A stretch of DNA of 64,000 bases from Opitutales bacterium (GTDB taxonomy: Bacteria > Verrucomicrobiota > Verrucomicrobiia > Opitutales > UBA2987), in NCBI GenBank assembly GCA_965226885.1, contig CBDDEL010000016.1:256001-320000 (forward strand), in the 5' to 3' direction. The notes beneath the pieces are model-generated. The model had not been told where the DNA came from. It did not search any database and saw nothing but the letters and a program-made list of their open reading frames with translations. The translations under genes and the position numbers were made by a program. Within the stretch, counting starts at the first letter, position 1. Each line of letters starts with the position of its first letter. Below, one piece after another: positions 24,072 through 34,554 of this stretch.

Positions 24072-26411
24072 TCAAACGGCCAGGGCTCTGTGGCAGGCTT
24101 CCAGAATGGAGGAAAGGCCTATCCCGTATTCCCGGTAAACGTCCTCCAATGAGCCCGATTGACCAACTTCATCCACCCCCAAAGGAGTGACGCGGGCCCC
24201 CAGGGCGCTGCCGATCCAGGCCAGGGAATGAGGATGGCCGTCGATCAAAGTGACAATGGGGTCGGTTCTGCTCTCCGGCGGCAAAATATCGGCCAAAATT
24301 TCATTCCTGCGGGAGGGGTCTTCAGAGCAAGCCTGAAAATGCCGGTAGAGCGGCCCCGGCCCGGTCACATTGATGATATTGGCAAATTTCTCTTCTTCGC
24401 GCAGCAGCCGGGATGCCTCGATCGCATCCGGAACCAGCGCCCCGCAGGCGAAAAGGTTGATCGTGTTGCGCCCGTGTTGGCATTTTTCCTCGGCGAATCG
24501 ATCCACCATCAAGTAAGCGCCTTGCAGGACCTGCCTGCGCAGGGCCTCCGGTTCTTCCAGCAACGGGAAAAGACTCTGGTCCACCGGCTTGGTCGTCAGC
24601 CGGATATAAGTGGATTGACCGCGTTGGCGGATTTTCTCCAGGGCATCCATGATGATCCATTCCAGTTCCTGGCCGAAACACGGTTCATAGGCCGAGAGTT
24701 GCGGCATTTCCATGCCGATGGAGGGGGTCAGGATCGATTGATGGGCTCCGCCCTCGCCGCACAGGGTCAGGCCGGAGGGAGTGCCGACTGTAATGAAACG
24801 GGAACCGGAATAAATGGCATAGAAAAAGGCGTCCAGGCCCCGCCGCACAAAGGGATCGTAAAGCGTCCCGATAGGGAAAAGAGTCTCCCCGAACATTTCC
24901 CCGGAGAGCCCGAACTGACCCAGGGCCATAAAGAGATTGTTCTCCGAGATGCCCAACTCGATATGCTGGCCGCGCGGTGTTTCCTTCCATTGCAAAACGC
25001 CTTCCTCGGGCGCATCGGGCAGGGGTTCCCGCTCCTCCCGGCGCCACACCTCCATTTTGTTGATCCAACCACCCAGATTGGTGGAACTGGCGACATCCGG
25101 GCTTAAGGTCACAACGCGTCCGGCGATTTCCGGGTATTGGCGGGATAGAGCGGTCAGTATGGTGCCGAAAACCTGCTGGGTGGAACGCCGTCCCCGATGT
25201 TTGCTGGCCAGCTCCGGTCCCAACGGCGGCAAAGTGGCAGGGGTTTGCCCGGCCCGCAATCAAGAGGCCGCCTCGGCGCAAAATCGGCCGGCATCGCTTT
25301 CGGGGTCGAAGCCGGACCACTCCTCCTCTTTTGCTATGCCGAGGGAATTCCTCAATTCTTCCATATGAACCGCGGAGAGGAGCACGGAATGATTATGGGG
25401 ATGGCCGGCCGAGGGCAATTGCCAGCCTTTCATGGTATAGGCAAAAATTACGGAAGGACCCCGGTAGGCATCCACTGCGGAAAATGCGGCCAGAAGTTCT
25501 TCGAAATCGTGCCCGCCGAGATTCCAGAACAGTTTGCGCAATTCGGCATCGCCGTAGCGATCGAGAAAACGGGCCATATCCCGGGGAAACCGGCTTTTTC
25601 GCGGTAGCCAGGTGCGCAGGTCTTCCGTGCCCAGCCGCAACAAGCTCTGATAGGCGTCGTTAGACAATTCGTCGATGCAGCCGCGCAGCAGTTCCCCGTT
25701 GGGTTGGTCGAAGGCCGCCTTGAGGTGTTTGCCGTATTTGACATCGATCACCTTCCGCCCGTTGGCGGCAAACATTTCCCGCCAGCAGCGAACCCGTATG
25801 CCCGGTATGATCCGGTCCAGGCTTTGGCGGTTCAAATCGACTATCCAGAGCAAATCGGCGAGGTCGTTCATGGCCGGTTCGGCCACGGCTTCCCAAACGG
25901 AACCTTCATCCAGCTCGGCGTCTCCCACCAGGCTGATAAAGCGCTCCCCTCCCGAATCATGGGCGGCAAAAGAATGACTACGTAAATAGGCCTGGACGAG
26001 GGCGGCAAAATTGGGGGCGGTGGCCCCAAGCCCGACCGAACCGGTTGAGAAATCCACCGCATCGGGGTCTTTGGTCCGGCTGGGATAGGCTTGCAGTCCG
26101 CCGAACTGGCGCAGGGTTTTGAGGTATTTGGATTCCAGATTGCCGAGCAGAAACTGGATGGCATGAAATACCGGCGAGGCGTGCGGTTTGACGGATACTT
26201 TATCGCCCTTCCGCAGAAAATCGAAGAAAAGAGCCGTCATAATGGTGGCCACCGAGGCGCTCGAAGATTGATGGCCGCCGACTTTAATCCCATCGGCGCT
26301 TTTAAAGGCGGTATTGGCATGGTGGACCATCAAAATGGACAGCCATAACACTTTTTTCTGAATTTCCCGGAGCAGGTCCGATTTTCCGGTCTGGACGGCT
26401 TCAACACTCAT
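24072..26411 (-). pseudogene. AceE-like ThDP-dependent 2-oxoacid dehydrogenase E1, with an in-frame TGA at 25260-25262
   Basis: KVGGHQSSSAS, VDFSTGSVGLG, GDAELDEG..N (ThDP motif), ELGISENN, GEGGAHQS; both ORFs share one frame, separated only by the TGA. Confidence 0.8.
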
Positions 26412-26646
26412 GGGAAGAAGGTTTCATCAAACGATTATAAAGCAAAAAACTGTTTCCCGGAAAGGACTGCAATGACGCAAAGATATATAAGATAAGAATT
26501 TGCATTTAACGGGAAAATACTTTCAATATGACATAAATACCATTTTTATTATTCCAAGGTGAAACTTGCAATCGCTGCCGAAAAAAAGTTTTTCCAAAAC
26601 CCTGCTTCGAAACTTGGCGGAAAACACCCGCTAATCTGCATGGATT

Positions 26647-28554
26647 ATGAATAAAAAAACTCCTACCTCAATCAGGGCAACCTTTGCTTTGCCGTGTCTT
26701 CATTTTCGTAGATGGCTCATTAGCGCCAGCATGGCTTTGGCTAGCGCCTCGACCGCCTCGGCGGTCGAGTTTATGTTGGGAGAAGCCGAGGCCAGTCTCG
26801 ACACGACGCTGTCCTACGGCACTTCCTTCCGGCTCAACAATCCGGATCCGGCTTTGATCGGAACTACCAATGGCGGTCTGCAAAATTCCGTCAATGCCGA
26901 TGACGGCAATCTCAATTATGCCAAAGGCATATATTCCAATGCTTTCAAGATCACAAGCGAACTCGAGGTCAATTATCAAAACATCGGGGTTTTCGTGCGG
27001 GGAACGGCCTTCCACGACTTTGAAAATGAAAGTAAAGACCGGGAACGCACACCGCTCTCCAATAAGGCCCTGGAAAAGGTGGGGCAGGATATCGTCCTGC
27101 TGGACTATTTCGCCTACGCCAGATTCGACATGGGAAACATGCCGGTTGACATACGCGTCGGCAGCCAGGTGCTCAGTTGGGGTGAAAGCACTTTTATCCA
27201 AAACGGCATCAATACCATCAACCCCGTCGATGTCTCCAAATTTCGCATTGCGGGGGGCGAATTAAGGGAGGGCCTCATTCCCGTGCCCATGATTTCGGCC
27301 TCGGTGGGGATTACCGAGAATATTACTCTGGAAGGATTCATTCTTTTTGAATTCGCCGAGACCGAGATCGATCCGCCGGGCACTTATTTCAGCACCAACG
27401 ATTTTGCCGGTCTGGGCGGAAACACCGTTATGCTGGGTTTCGGGGCCATTCCCGACATTCCCGCCAACAGTCCCCTCGGGGGCTTGGGCGGCATACCACG
27501 AGCACCCAACAATAATCCCAGCGATAGCGGACAGTTCGGCCTGGCCTCCCGCATATTGATTCCCCAGTTGAATGACATCGAAATCGGTTTCTATTACCTC
27601 AGAACCCACAGCCGTTTACCGCTAATTAGTTCCATCACGCCAACTGCGCACGTCAATTTGGCCGCGGCGCCTGCCCTCGTAGGTTCTCTTGTCCCGAACT
27701 TTCTGGCACTGGGTCTTCCCTTTGAACAGGCCGTAGCCGCCGCCACAGGGCAGGCCAGCACAATCCTCTTTTTTCAGAGCGCCGCCACCGGCCGTTACCA
27801 GATCAGTTATCCCGAGGATATCGATCAGCTGGGTTTCTCCATCAACACGGACCTCGGCAACACCGGCATCTCCCTGCAGGGCGAATTATCCTATCGTTTC
27901 GACCAACCCTTGCAAGTGGACGACGTGGAGCTCCTCTTCGCCACCCTTTCGGCCATCAACCCGGCTTTCGGACCGACTAACCAGATAGGGAATTTCCTGG
28001 GGCAATTGGGCCGGCCTATCGCCGGCTTCCGGCGGGAAGATGTCTGGCAAGTACAAGCCACGGCGACCAAAGTGTTCGGGCCTACCCTGGGGGCCGATCA
28101 ATGGATCCTGCTGGCAGAGGTGGGCGCAACTTTCGTTCCCGGCCTTCCCGATAAAAAACAACTACGCTTCGACGGGCCGGGCACTTTTACCGGCGGTGAC
28201 CCTCTGGCTATGCTCCTGACCGGCAACGGGGCTTTTCCGGCCACGCCGATCGAGGCCTTCGCCGACGATTCTTCCTGGGGCTACCGCATCGTCAGCCGCC
28301 TGGATTACCTGAACCTTTTCTGGGGTGTCAACGCCATGCCCAGCATCGCCTTCGCCCACGATGTTTCGGGCATTACACCGATTCCCATCGGCAATTTTCT
28401 GGAAGGGCGCAAGACGCTCACCCTCGGGGTCGAGATGACCTATCAAAACTCCTGGTCTTATGCCATGCGCTATACCAATTTCTTCGGGGCCGGTGACTTC
28501 AACCTGAGCCACGACCGCGATCTCTTTTCCCTCACCCTTAAATACTCCTTCTAA
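26647..28554 (+). CDS. DUF1302-family outer-membrane beta-barrel protein
   Basis: Signal peptide; N.DDGNLNY, RVG.QVLSWGESTFI.NGIN, C-terminal DRD..SLTLKYSF with terminal Phe. Confidence 0.88.
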   Translation: MNKKTPTSIRATFALPCLHFRRWLISASMALASASTASAVEFMLGEAEASLDTTLSYGTSFRLNNPDPALIGTTNGGLQNSVNADDGNLNYAKGIYSNAFKITSELEVNYQNIGVFVRGTAFHDFENESKDRERTPLSNKALEKVGQDIVLLDYFAYARFDMGNMPVDIRVGSQVLSWGESTFIQNGINTINPVDVSKFRIAGGELREGLIPVPMISASVGITENITLEGFILFEFAETEIDPPGTYFSTNDFAGLGGNTVMLGFGAIPDIPANSPLGGLGGIPRAPNNNPSDSGQFGLASRILIPQLNDIEIGFYYLRTHSRLPLISSITPTAHVNLAAAPALVGSLVPNFLALGLPFEQAVAAATGQASTILFFQSAATGRYQISYPEDIDQLGFSINTDLGNTGISLQGELSYRFDQPLQVDDVELLFATLSAINPAFGPTNQIGNFLGQLGRPIAGFRREDVWQVQATATKVFGPTLGADQWILLAEVGATFVPGLPDKKQLRFDGPGTFTGGDPLAMLLTGNGAFPATPIEAFADDSSWGYRIVSRLDYLNLFWGVNAMPSIAFAHDVSGITPIPIGNFLEGRKTLTLGVEMTYQNSWSYAMRYTNFFGAGDFNLSHDRDLFSLTLKYSF

Positions 28555-28587
28555 TTAAAATAAATAAATTTATCTGAGGAATTTATC

Positions 28588-29949
28588 ATGTTGAAAAAAA
28601 CCCTTCTTTCTCTCTCCCTGACAATTTTCTTAACCGTTTCCTGGCAAAACGCAGGGGCCGCCATCTCCGCCAGCGAAGCGGATCGCCTGGGAAAAGACCT
28701 GACTCCTCTCGGGGCTGAAAAAGCCGGCAATGAGGACGGCTCCATACCGGCCTGGGAAGGGGGCATCACGAAACCGCCCGCGGGCTACCAAAAAGGCCAG
28801 CACCATCCCGATCCTTTTTCCGGCGACTCCCCATTGTTTACCATCAACGGCTCCAATGCGGCACAATACAAAGACCAACTCTCCATCGGCCACCAGGCCC
28901 TCCTGGCCGCTCATGATTCCTACAAAATGCCGGTTTACCCGACCCGCCGCTCTGCTTCCTATCCCCAAAGGGTTTACGATGCCACCAGGCAAATTGCCCT
29001 CACGGCAGAGATAATCGGCGACGGGGCGGGCGTCTCCGGGGCCATCCTGGGCATTCCCTTTCCCATTCCCAAAACCGGCCACGAGGTAATCTGGAATCAT
29101 TTGGTTCGTTATCGGGGCACCATGGCTGAGAGGCACATCAGCCAGGCCGCCCCCACCCGCAAAGGAAAATTCACCTTGGTCGATTTCGAGGATGAATTTC
29201 TTTTCAATTACACAATCGAAGGGATGCAGGCGGAAAACCTCAACAATACCCTGCTCTACTTCAAACAGGAGGTAAAAGCTCCCGCTCGCCTGGCTGGCTC
29301 CATCCTGCTGGCGCACGAAACCATGGACCAGATAACCGCGCCGCGCCGCGCCTGGGTTTACAATACCGGCCAGCGCCGGGTGCGCCGAGCCCCCAACGTC
29401 GCCTACGACAACCCTGGCACCGCCGCCGACGGCATGAGAACCAGCGACCAGTTCGACATGTTTAACGGCGCCCTCGACCGTTACGACTGGAAACTGTTGG
29501 GCAAAAGGGAAATGTATATGCCTTATAACTCCTACCGGCTGCACAGCGACCAATTGAAGGTCAAAGACATCCTGACCCCCCTGCATATCAACCAGGATTA
29601 TACCCGCTACGAACTGCACCGCGTGTGGGTAGTCGAGGCCACCTTAAAAGAAGGCAAGAGGCACCTCTATTCGCGCAGAACCTTTTATATCGACGAGGAC
29701 AGTTGGCAAATGCTGGCCGTCGATCAGTATGACGGCAGAGGCGAACTATGGAGAATTTCCGAAGGCCATTGCATAAATTACTACGAAGAGCCGCTCTTCT
29801 GGACAACGCTCGAAGTGCATACCGATTTGTTTGCCGGGCGCTACCTGGCCATCGGCCTGGATAACGAGCGCGCCATGTACGATTTCGACATCGAGCGCGA
29901 AGTTCCCGATTACACCCCATCCTCCCTCAGAAGGTCCGGCATCCGGTAA
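28588..29949 (+). CDS. DUF1329-family periplasmic protein
   Basis: LG..LTPLGAEKAGN.DGSIPAW.GG, GQRRVRRAP..AYDNP, RYELHRVWVVEATLK, DEDSW. Confidence 0.92.
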   Translation: MLKKTLLSLSLTIFLTVSWQNAGAAISASEADRLGKDLTPLGAEKAGNEDGSIPAWEGGITKPPAGYQKGQHHPDPFSGDSPLFTINGSNAAQYKDQLSIGHQALLAAHDSYKMPVYPTRRSASYPQRVYDATRQIALTAEIIGDGAGVSGAILGIPFPIPKTGHEVIWNHLVRYRGTMAERHISQAAPTRKGKFTLVDFEDEFLFNYTIEGMQAENLNNTLLYFKQEVKAPARLAGSILLAHETMDQITAPRRAWVYNTGQRRVRRAPNVAYDNPGTAADGMRTSDQFDMFNGALDRYDWKLLGKREMYMPYNSYRLHSDQLKVKDILTPLHINQDYTRYELHRVWVVEATLKEGKRHLYSRRTFYIDEDSWQMLAVDQYDGRGELWRISEGHCINYYEEPLFWTTLEVHTDLFAGRYLAIGLDNERAMYDFDIEREVPDYTPSSLRRSGIR

Positions 29950-29984
29950 ATTGAATTTTCTGACGGACTACCCCATACACTTCA

Positions 29985-30980
29985 ATGGATACGCTGCCGG
30001 AAGGAAGGTTCACCAGCCTCCTTGCCTTCATCTGTTTATCCATTCCCATTCTTGTTTTTAACTCCCCTCATTTGCGGGGAGCCGCCGATGCACCGTCTGA
30101 AATGATGGAACTGGCCCCCCGGTCCATTATCCTGGATGCGCAGGTGGTCGGCTCGATGATAGTGGCGGTGGGAGAACGCGGGCATATCCTCATTTCAAAA
30201 GACGACGGTCTGACTTGGAAACAAAACCCCACCCCAACCCGATCCACCCTCACCGCGGTTTACTTTTCCGACGCTAGTGAAGGGTGGGCGGTGGGCCACG
30301 ACGGCATCATCCTGCACACCTCCAACGGCGGCGATTGGTGGACCAAGGCCAATCAAGAGGTTGAACCGCAAACCAGTTATCTGGATGTCTATTTCATCGA
30401 CCGGAACCGCGGATTCATCGTCGGCGCCTACGGAGAATTCCGGCGCACCGACGACGGCGGAAAAACCTGGAAGCAGGAATGGATTTCAGAGGAGGAGCTC
30501 CATTTTAACCGTATCAGCGCGGGCGAGGACGGTTATGTTTACCTGGCCGGCGAAAGCGGCACCCTCATGCAATCGATCGACCAGGGACAAACCTGGCAGG
30601 TTTTGCAATCGCCCTATTATGGTTCCTCCTTCGGCGTTCTTTCCATCGATAAAAGCACCCTTCTGCTCTACGGTTTGAGAGGCGTTATTTACCGGACGGA
30701 AGACCGGGCAGATAGCTGGATACTGATTGAAAACGAGGTCAAGGCGCTCATATCCTCCGGCCTTATGTTGCGCAGCGGCGTCATCGTTCTGGCCGGGCAG
30801 GGAGGGAATTTATTTGTCAGCCGCGACCTCGGGAAAACCTTCGACCTCTGGAAACAGCCCACCTTGATCGGCACCGCGGAATTGGCCGAAACCCCTCTGG
30901 ATTACCTCCTGGCGGTGGGGGTAAATGGCGTCCACCGGCTGGAACCGCCCAGTCTGGTAGAGACGTTGGTTGGGAACTAA
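29985..30980 (+). CDS. YCF48/BNR-repeat beta-propeller protein
   Basis: Repeated S.DGG.TW Asp-boxes; AVGERGHI, GWAVGHDG. Confidence 0.88.
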   Translation: MDTLPEGRFTSLLAFICLSIPILVFNSPHLRGAADAPSEMMELAPRSIILDAQVVGSMIVAVGERGHILISKDDGLTWKQNPTPTRSTLTAVYFSDASEGWAVGHDGIILHTSNGGDWWTKANQEVEPQTSYLDVYFIDRNRGFIVGAYGEFRRTDDGGKTWKQEWISEEELHFNRISAGEDGYVYLAGESGTLMQSIDQGQTWQVLQSPYYGSSFGVLSIDKSTLLLYGLRGVIYRTEDRADSWILIENEVKALISSGLMLRSGVIVLAGQGGNLFVSRDLGKTFDLWKQPTLIGTAELAETPLDYLLAVGVNGVHRLEPPSLVETLVGN

Positions 30981-30986
30981 GCCGTC

Positions 30987-33347
30987 ATGCAAGGCCAAAA
31001 AATAGTTGAGAGAATCGAGAAGGTCGTCTTCGCCCATCGCGGCTTGCTGGTGACTCTTTTTCTCATCCTTACGGCCGGCATGCTTTACTCAGCCATCAAG
31101 GCCCGGGTCGATGTCAGCTTTACCAAGAAACTGCCCCTGCAGCACGAATACATCCAGACTTTCCTCGAGTACCGCGAACAATTCGGCGGGGCCAACCGCA
31201 TCGTAATCGCCCTCATGGTGGAGGATGGGGATATTTTTACTCCCGAATTTTTCGAGATTCTCAAATCGGTAACCGACGAGATCTTTTTTTTGCCGGGCGT
31301 GGACCGCGCCCAGGTGACCTCCCTGTTTACTCCCAATGTGCGCTTTGTAGAGATTGTCGAGGATGGTTTTTCAGGTGGAAATGTGGTACCGGACGACTTC
31401 GCGCCGACCGTGGAAGGCCTTAAAAAAGTGCGCGAAAACGTCATCAAGTCCGGGCGCGTGGGGCGGCTGGTGGCCAATGATTTCAGCGGCGCCATCGTTT
31501 CCGCCCAGTTGCAGGAGGTAAATCCCGCCACCGGGGAAAAACTGGATTACATCATGGTGGCCAATCACCTGGAGGAAAAAATCCGCCAGCGGTTCGAGAG
31601 GGAGGGCAAGGATATTGGCCTTAAAATCCACATAATCGGATTCGCTAAAGTTATCGGAGACATCGCCCAAGGAGCCCGCAACGTGATCTTCTTTTTTATT
31701 ATTTCATCTTTAATTGCGGCGTCTTTTGTTTACATTTTTTGCCTATCCATTCGTTTGACCATTCTACCCTTGTTTTGCGCTCTGGTCGCGGTCATCTGGC
31801 AAATCGGGCTGTTGAATGTGCTCGGTTACGGGTTCGATCCAATGTCGATACTCGTGCCTTTTCTTATATTTGCCATTGGAGTAAGTCACGGGGTGCAAAT
31901 GATTCGCTCTTTCCGCGATGAGATATTCCAGGGCCGGAACAGCCTGGAGGCGGCCCGGTCAAGTTTTCGCCAATTGCTCATTCCGGGAGGAACGGCGCTG
32001 CTCACCGATACGATCGGGTTTGTCACCATATTGCTGATCAAGATCGAAGTCATCCAGGAACTGGCCAAGTCGGCCAGCCTGGGTGTGGCCACGGTATTTT
32101 TCACTACCCTGGTGCTTTTGCCCGTGCTCCTTTCCTATGTCAGACTGAAGCCCGAATATTTGAAAAAGGTGGAGGAGCAAAAAAAATACACCGAAATTTT
32201 CGCGAGGAAACTGGCGCGCATTTCGGAACCCCGCATATCCTTGGTCATCATCGTTATAGCGATCGGGCTTTTCGTCGCCGGTTATCGCCGGGCGAGCGAA
32301 ATAAAAATCGGCGATCTCAATGCGGGCGTGCCGGAACTGCGCGAGAATTCCCGCTACAACACCGACAGCGCCACCATTACCGACAATTTCACCATCGGAG
32401 TGGATTTACTCTCCGTCATTGTGGAAACTGTGCCCGATGGGTGCATTGATTATAACGTCATGTCCAACATGGATCGTTTCGAATGGCATATGCGCAATGT
32501 GGAAGGAGTGCAGTCGGTCATTGGGCTGGCCGGATTGGCCAAAGTCATCAATGCCGGTTGGAACGAAGGCAGCCCCAAGTGGCAAATCCTGCCCCGCCAC
32601 CCCGCGGTTCTGGCCCAGTCCATCAGCCCTGTCGATACCTCCAGCGGTCTCCTCAACGCCAATTGCGACGTTATGCCGATTCTCATTTTCCTCGAAGATC
32701 ACAAAGCCGAAACCATCGAAACGGTGATCATCGCCATCAAAACCTATGCTGCCGAGAACAATAGCGAAAACCCGAAAGTAATCTTCAACCTGGCCAGCGG
32801 CAATGTGGGCGTTATGGGGGCCACCAACGAAGTAGTCAGCGCCGCCCAGTTTCCCATCCTGCTCTATGTATTTGCCGCCGTTATCATCCTCTGTCTGCTG
32901 GCCTTCCGCTCCTGGAAAGCGGCCTTTTGCATTGTCGTCCCGTTGGCTTTGGTCTCCGTCCTCGCTTATGCCCTCATGCAATACCTCGAAATCGGTTTGA
33001 AAGTTTCCACCCTGCCGGTGGTGGCCCTGGGGGTGGGCGTGGGAGTCGATTACGGCATCTACCTTTTTTCCAGACTGCAAATCCTCCTCCGCACAGGCGC
33101 CCATTTCCAGGATGCCCTGACCCGCGCCTATGAACTGACCGGAAGCGCCGTCGTCTTCACCGGGCTGACCCTGGCCGTCGGCGTCAGCACCTGGATCTTT
33201 TCCGAACTCAAATTCCAGGCCGACATGGGCATCCTGCTCACCTTCATGTTTTTTCTCAACATGCTCGGGGCCATGCTCCTGCTGCCCGCCATCGCCCGCT
33301 GGCTATTCAGACACCGCAGCCAGGCCGAGGCCGGGGAAACGGATTGA
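30987..33347 (+). CDS. MMPL/RND-family inner-membrane transporter
   Basis: Two 6-TM halves; FAIGVSHGVQ, GVGVGVDYGIY, LKFQADMG. Confidence 0.92.
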   Translation: MQGQKIVERIEKVVFAHRGLLVTLFLILTAGMLYSAIKARVDVSFTKKLPLQHEYIQTFLEYREQFGGANRIVIALMVEDGDIFTPEFFEILKSVTDEIFFLPGVDRAQVTSLFTPNVRFVEIVEDGFSGGNVVPDDFAPTVEGLKKVRENVIKSGRVGRLVANDFSGAIVSAQLQEVNPATGEKLDYIMVANHLEEKIRQRFEREGKDIGLKIHIIGFAKVIGDIAQGARNVIFFFIISSLIAASFVYIFCLSIRLTILPLFCALVAVIWQIGLLNVLGYGFDPMSILVPFLIFAIGVSHGVQMIRSFRDEIFQGRNSLEAARSSFRQLLIPGGTALLTDTIGFVTILLIKIEVIQELAKSASLGVATVFFTTLVLLPVLLSYVRLKPEYLKKVEEQKKYTEIFARKLARISEPRISLVIIVIAIGLFVAGYRRASEIKIGDLNAGVPELRENSRYNTDSATITDNFTIGVDLLSVIVETVPDGCIDYNVMSNMDRFEWHMRNVEGVQSVIGLAGLAKVINAGWNEGSPKWQILPRHPAVLAQSISPVDTSSGLLNANCDVMPILIFLEDHKAETIETVIIAIKTYAAENNSENPKVIFNLASGNVGVMGATNEVVSAAQFPILLYVFAAVIILCLLAFRSWKAAFCIVVPLALVSVLAYALMQYLEIGLKVSTLPVVALGVGVGVDYGIYLFSRLQILLRTGAHFQDALTRAYELTGSAVVFTGLTLAVGVSTWIFSELKFQADMGILLTFMFFLNMLGAMLLLPAIARWLFRHRSQAEAGETD

Positions 33348-33348
33348 T

Positions 33349-34461
33349 TTAAATCACCGATTCGAGTTTGTGGCAGGGCAGGGAGAATGCATCGGCCACG
33401 CCTTGGTAGGTTATTTTGCCCCGCACGATATTGACGCCCATGGCGATTGCCCGATGTTTTTTCACGCATTCGGGAAAACCGGTATTGGCGATCTCCAATA
33501 TATAACGGAAAGTGGCATTGGTCAGGGCCACGGTTGAAGTCTTGGGCACGGCCCCCGGCATATTGGCCACCCCGTAATGGACGACCCCGTCCACTTCGTA
33601 GATCGGATTGTCGTGTGTGGTTGGGTGGATGGTTTCGACACAGCCCCCCTGGTCCACCGCCACATCGATGATGACCGAGCGTTTCTGCATCAAGCCAAGC
33701 ATTTGCCGCGTAATGAGGTTGGGCGCCTTGGCCCCTGGAATGAGGACGGCTCCTATGACCAGGTCGGCCCGCTCTATGGCGCGGCGGATGTTGGCCGGAT
33801 TCGACATAATGGTTTTCACATTGGCCGCCATGACATCGTCCAGATAACGCATCCTGGGCAGGTTAACATCGAGAATGGAAACACGGGCGCCTATTCCGGC
33901 CGCGATTTTGGCCGCATTGGCCCCCACCACCCCGCCACCGAGTATAACCACGTTGGCGGGCTCCACACCGGGCACACCACCGAGCAGCACGCCAATACCG
34001 CCGTGGGGGTGCTCCAGGCAATCCGCCCCCACCTGGATGGACATGCGCCCGGCCACCTCGCTCATGGGAACGAGCAAAGGCAGCGAGCCATCCTCGGCTT
34101 CCACCGTTTCGTAAGCGATCGCAATGCACCCGCTGTTCTGAATGCCTTTGATCAATTCCAGTGAGGCTGCGAAATGAAAATAAGTAAAAACGATCTGGTT
34201 TTCCCGAATCAGGGAATACTCCTCCGGCAAAGGCTCCTTGACCTTGACGATCATATCCGCGACGGCATAGATTTCCGTCGGAGTGTCCACAATCTCGGCC
34301 CCGTAACGCCTAAAATCCCCATCCGAAAAGCCACTTCCGTGCCCGGCCCCGGTTTCCATTAGCACCCGATGCCCGGCCGCCACCAGTAATTCCACCCCGG
34401 CGGGCACCAATGCCACCCTGTTTTCCAAAATTTTTATTTCCTTCGGAGTCCCGACAATCAT
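33349..34461 (-). CDS. ald: alanine dehydrogenase
   Basis: G.PKEIK..ENRVAL, KVKEP, AYETV, PMSEVAGR, GGGVVG, DVAVDQGG, VANMPG; SD AGGAGG. Confidence 0.96.
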   Translation of the reverse strand: MIVGTPKEIKILENRVALVPAGVELLVAAGHRVLMETGAGHGSGFSDGDFRRYGAEIVDTPTEIYAVADMIVKVKEPLPEEYSLIRENQIVFTYFHFAASLELIKGIQNSGCIAIAYETVEAEDGSLPLLVPMSEVAGRMSIQVGADCLEHPHGGIGVLLGGVPGVEPANVVILGGGVVGANAAKIAAGIGARVSILDVNLPRMRYLDDVMAANVKTIMSNPANIRRAIERADLVIGAVLIPGAKAPNLITRQMLGLMQKRSVIIDVAVDQGGCVETIHPTTHDNPIYEVDGVVHYGVANMPGAVPKTSTVALTNATFRYILEIANTGFPECVKKHRAIAMGVNIVRGKITYQGVADAFSLPCHKLESVI

Positions 34462-34554
34462 AATCAACCTCCTCTAAAAGTAGTAGTTGTATTTATTTTG
34501 GCAAAAGTAAGGGACAAATTGGAAATTCTGTAAATCTCCTTTTTCACCAGAAAA

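Noticed and set aside
25260..25262. Selenocysteine or TGA=Trp recoding
   Set aside because: TGA terminates many intact genes here, the site is not a catalytic Cys position, and no SECIS was recognised.
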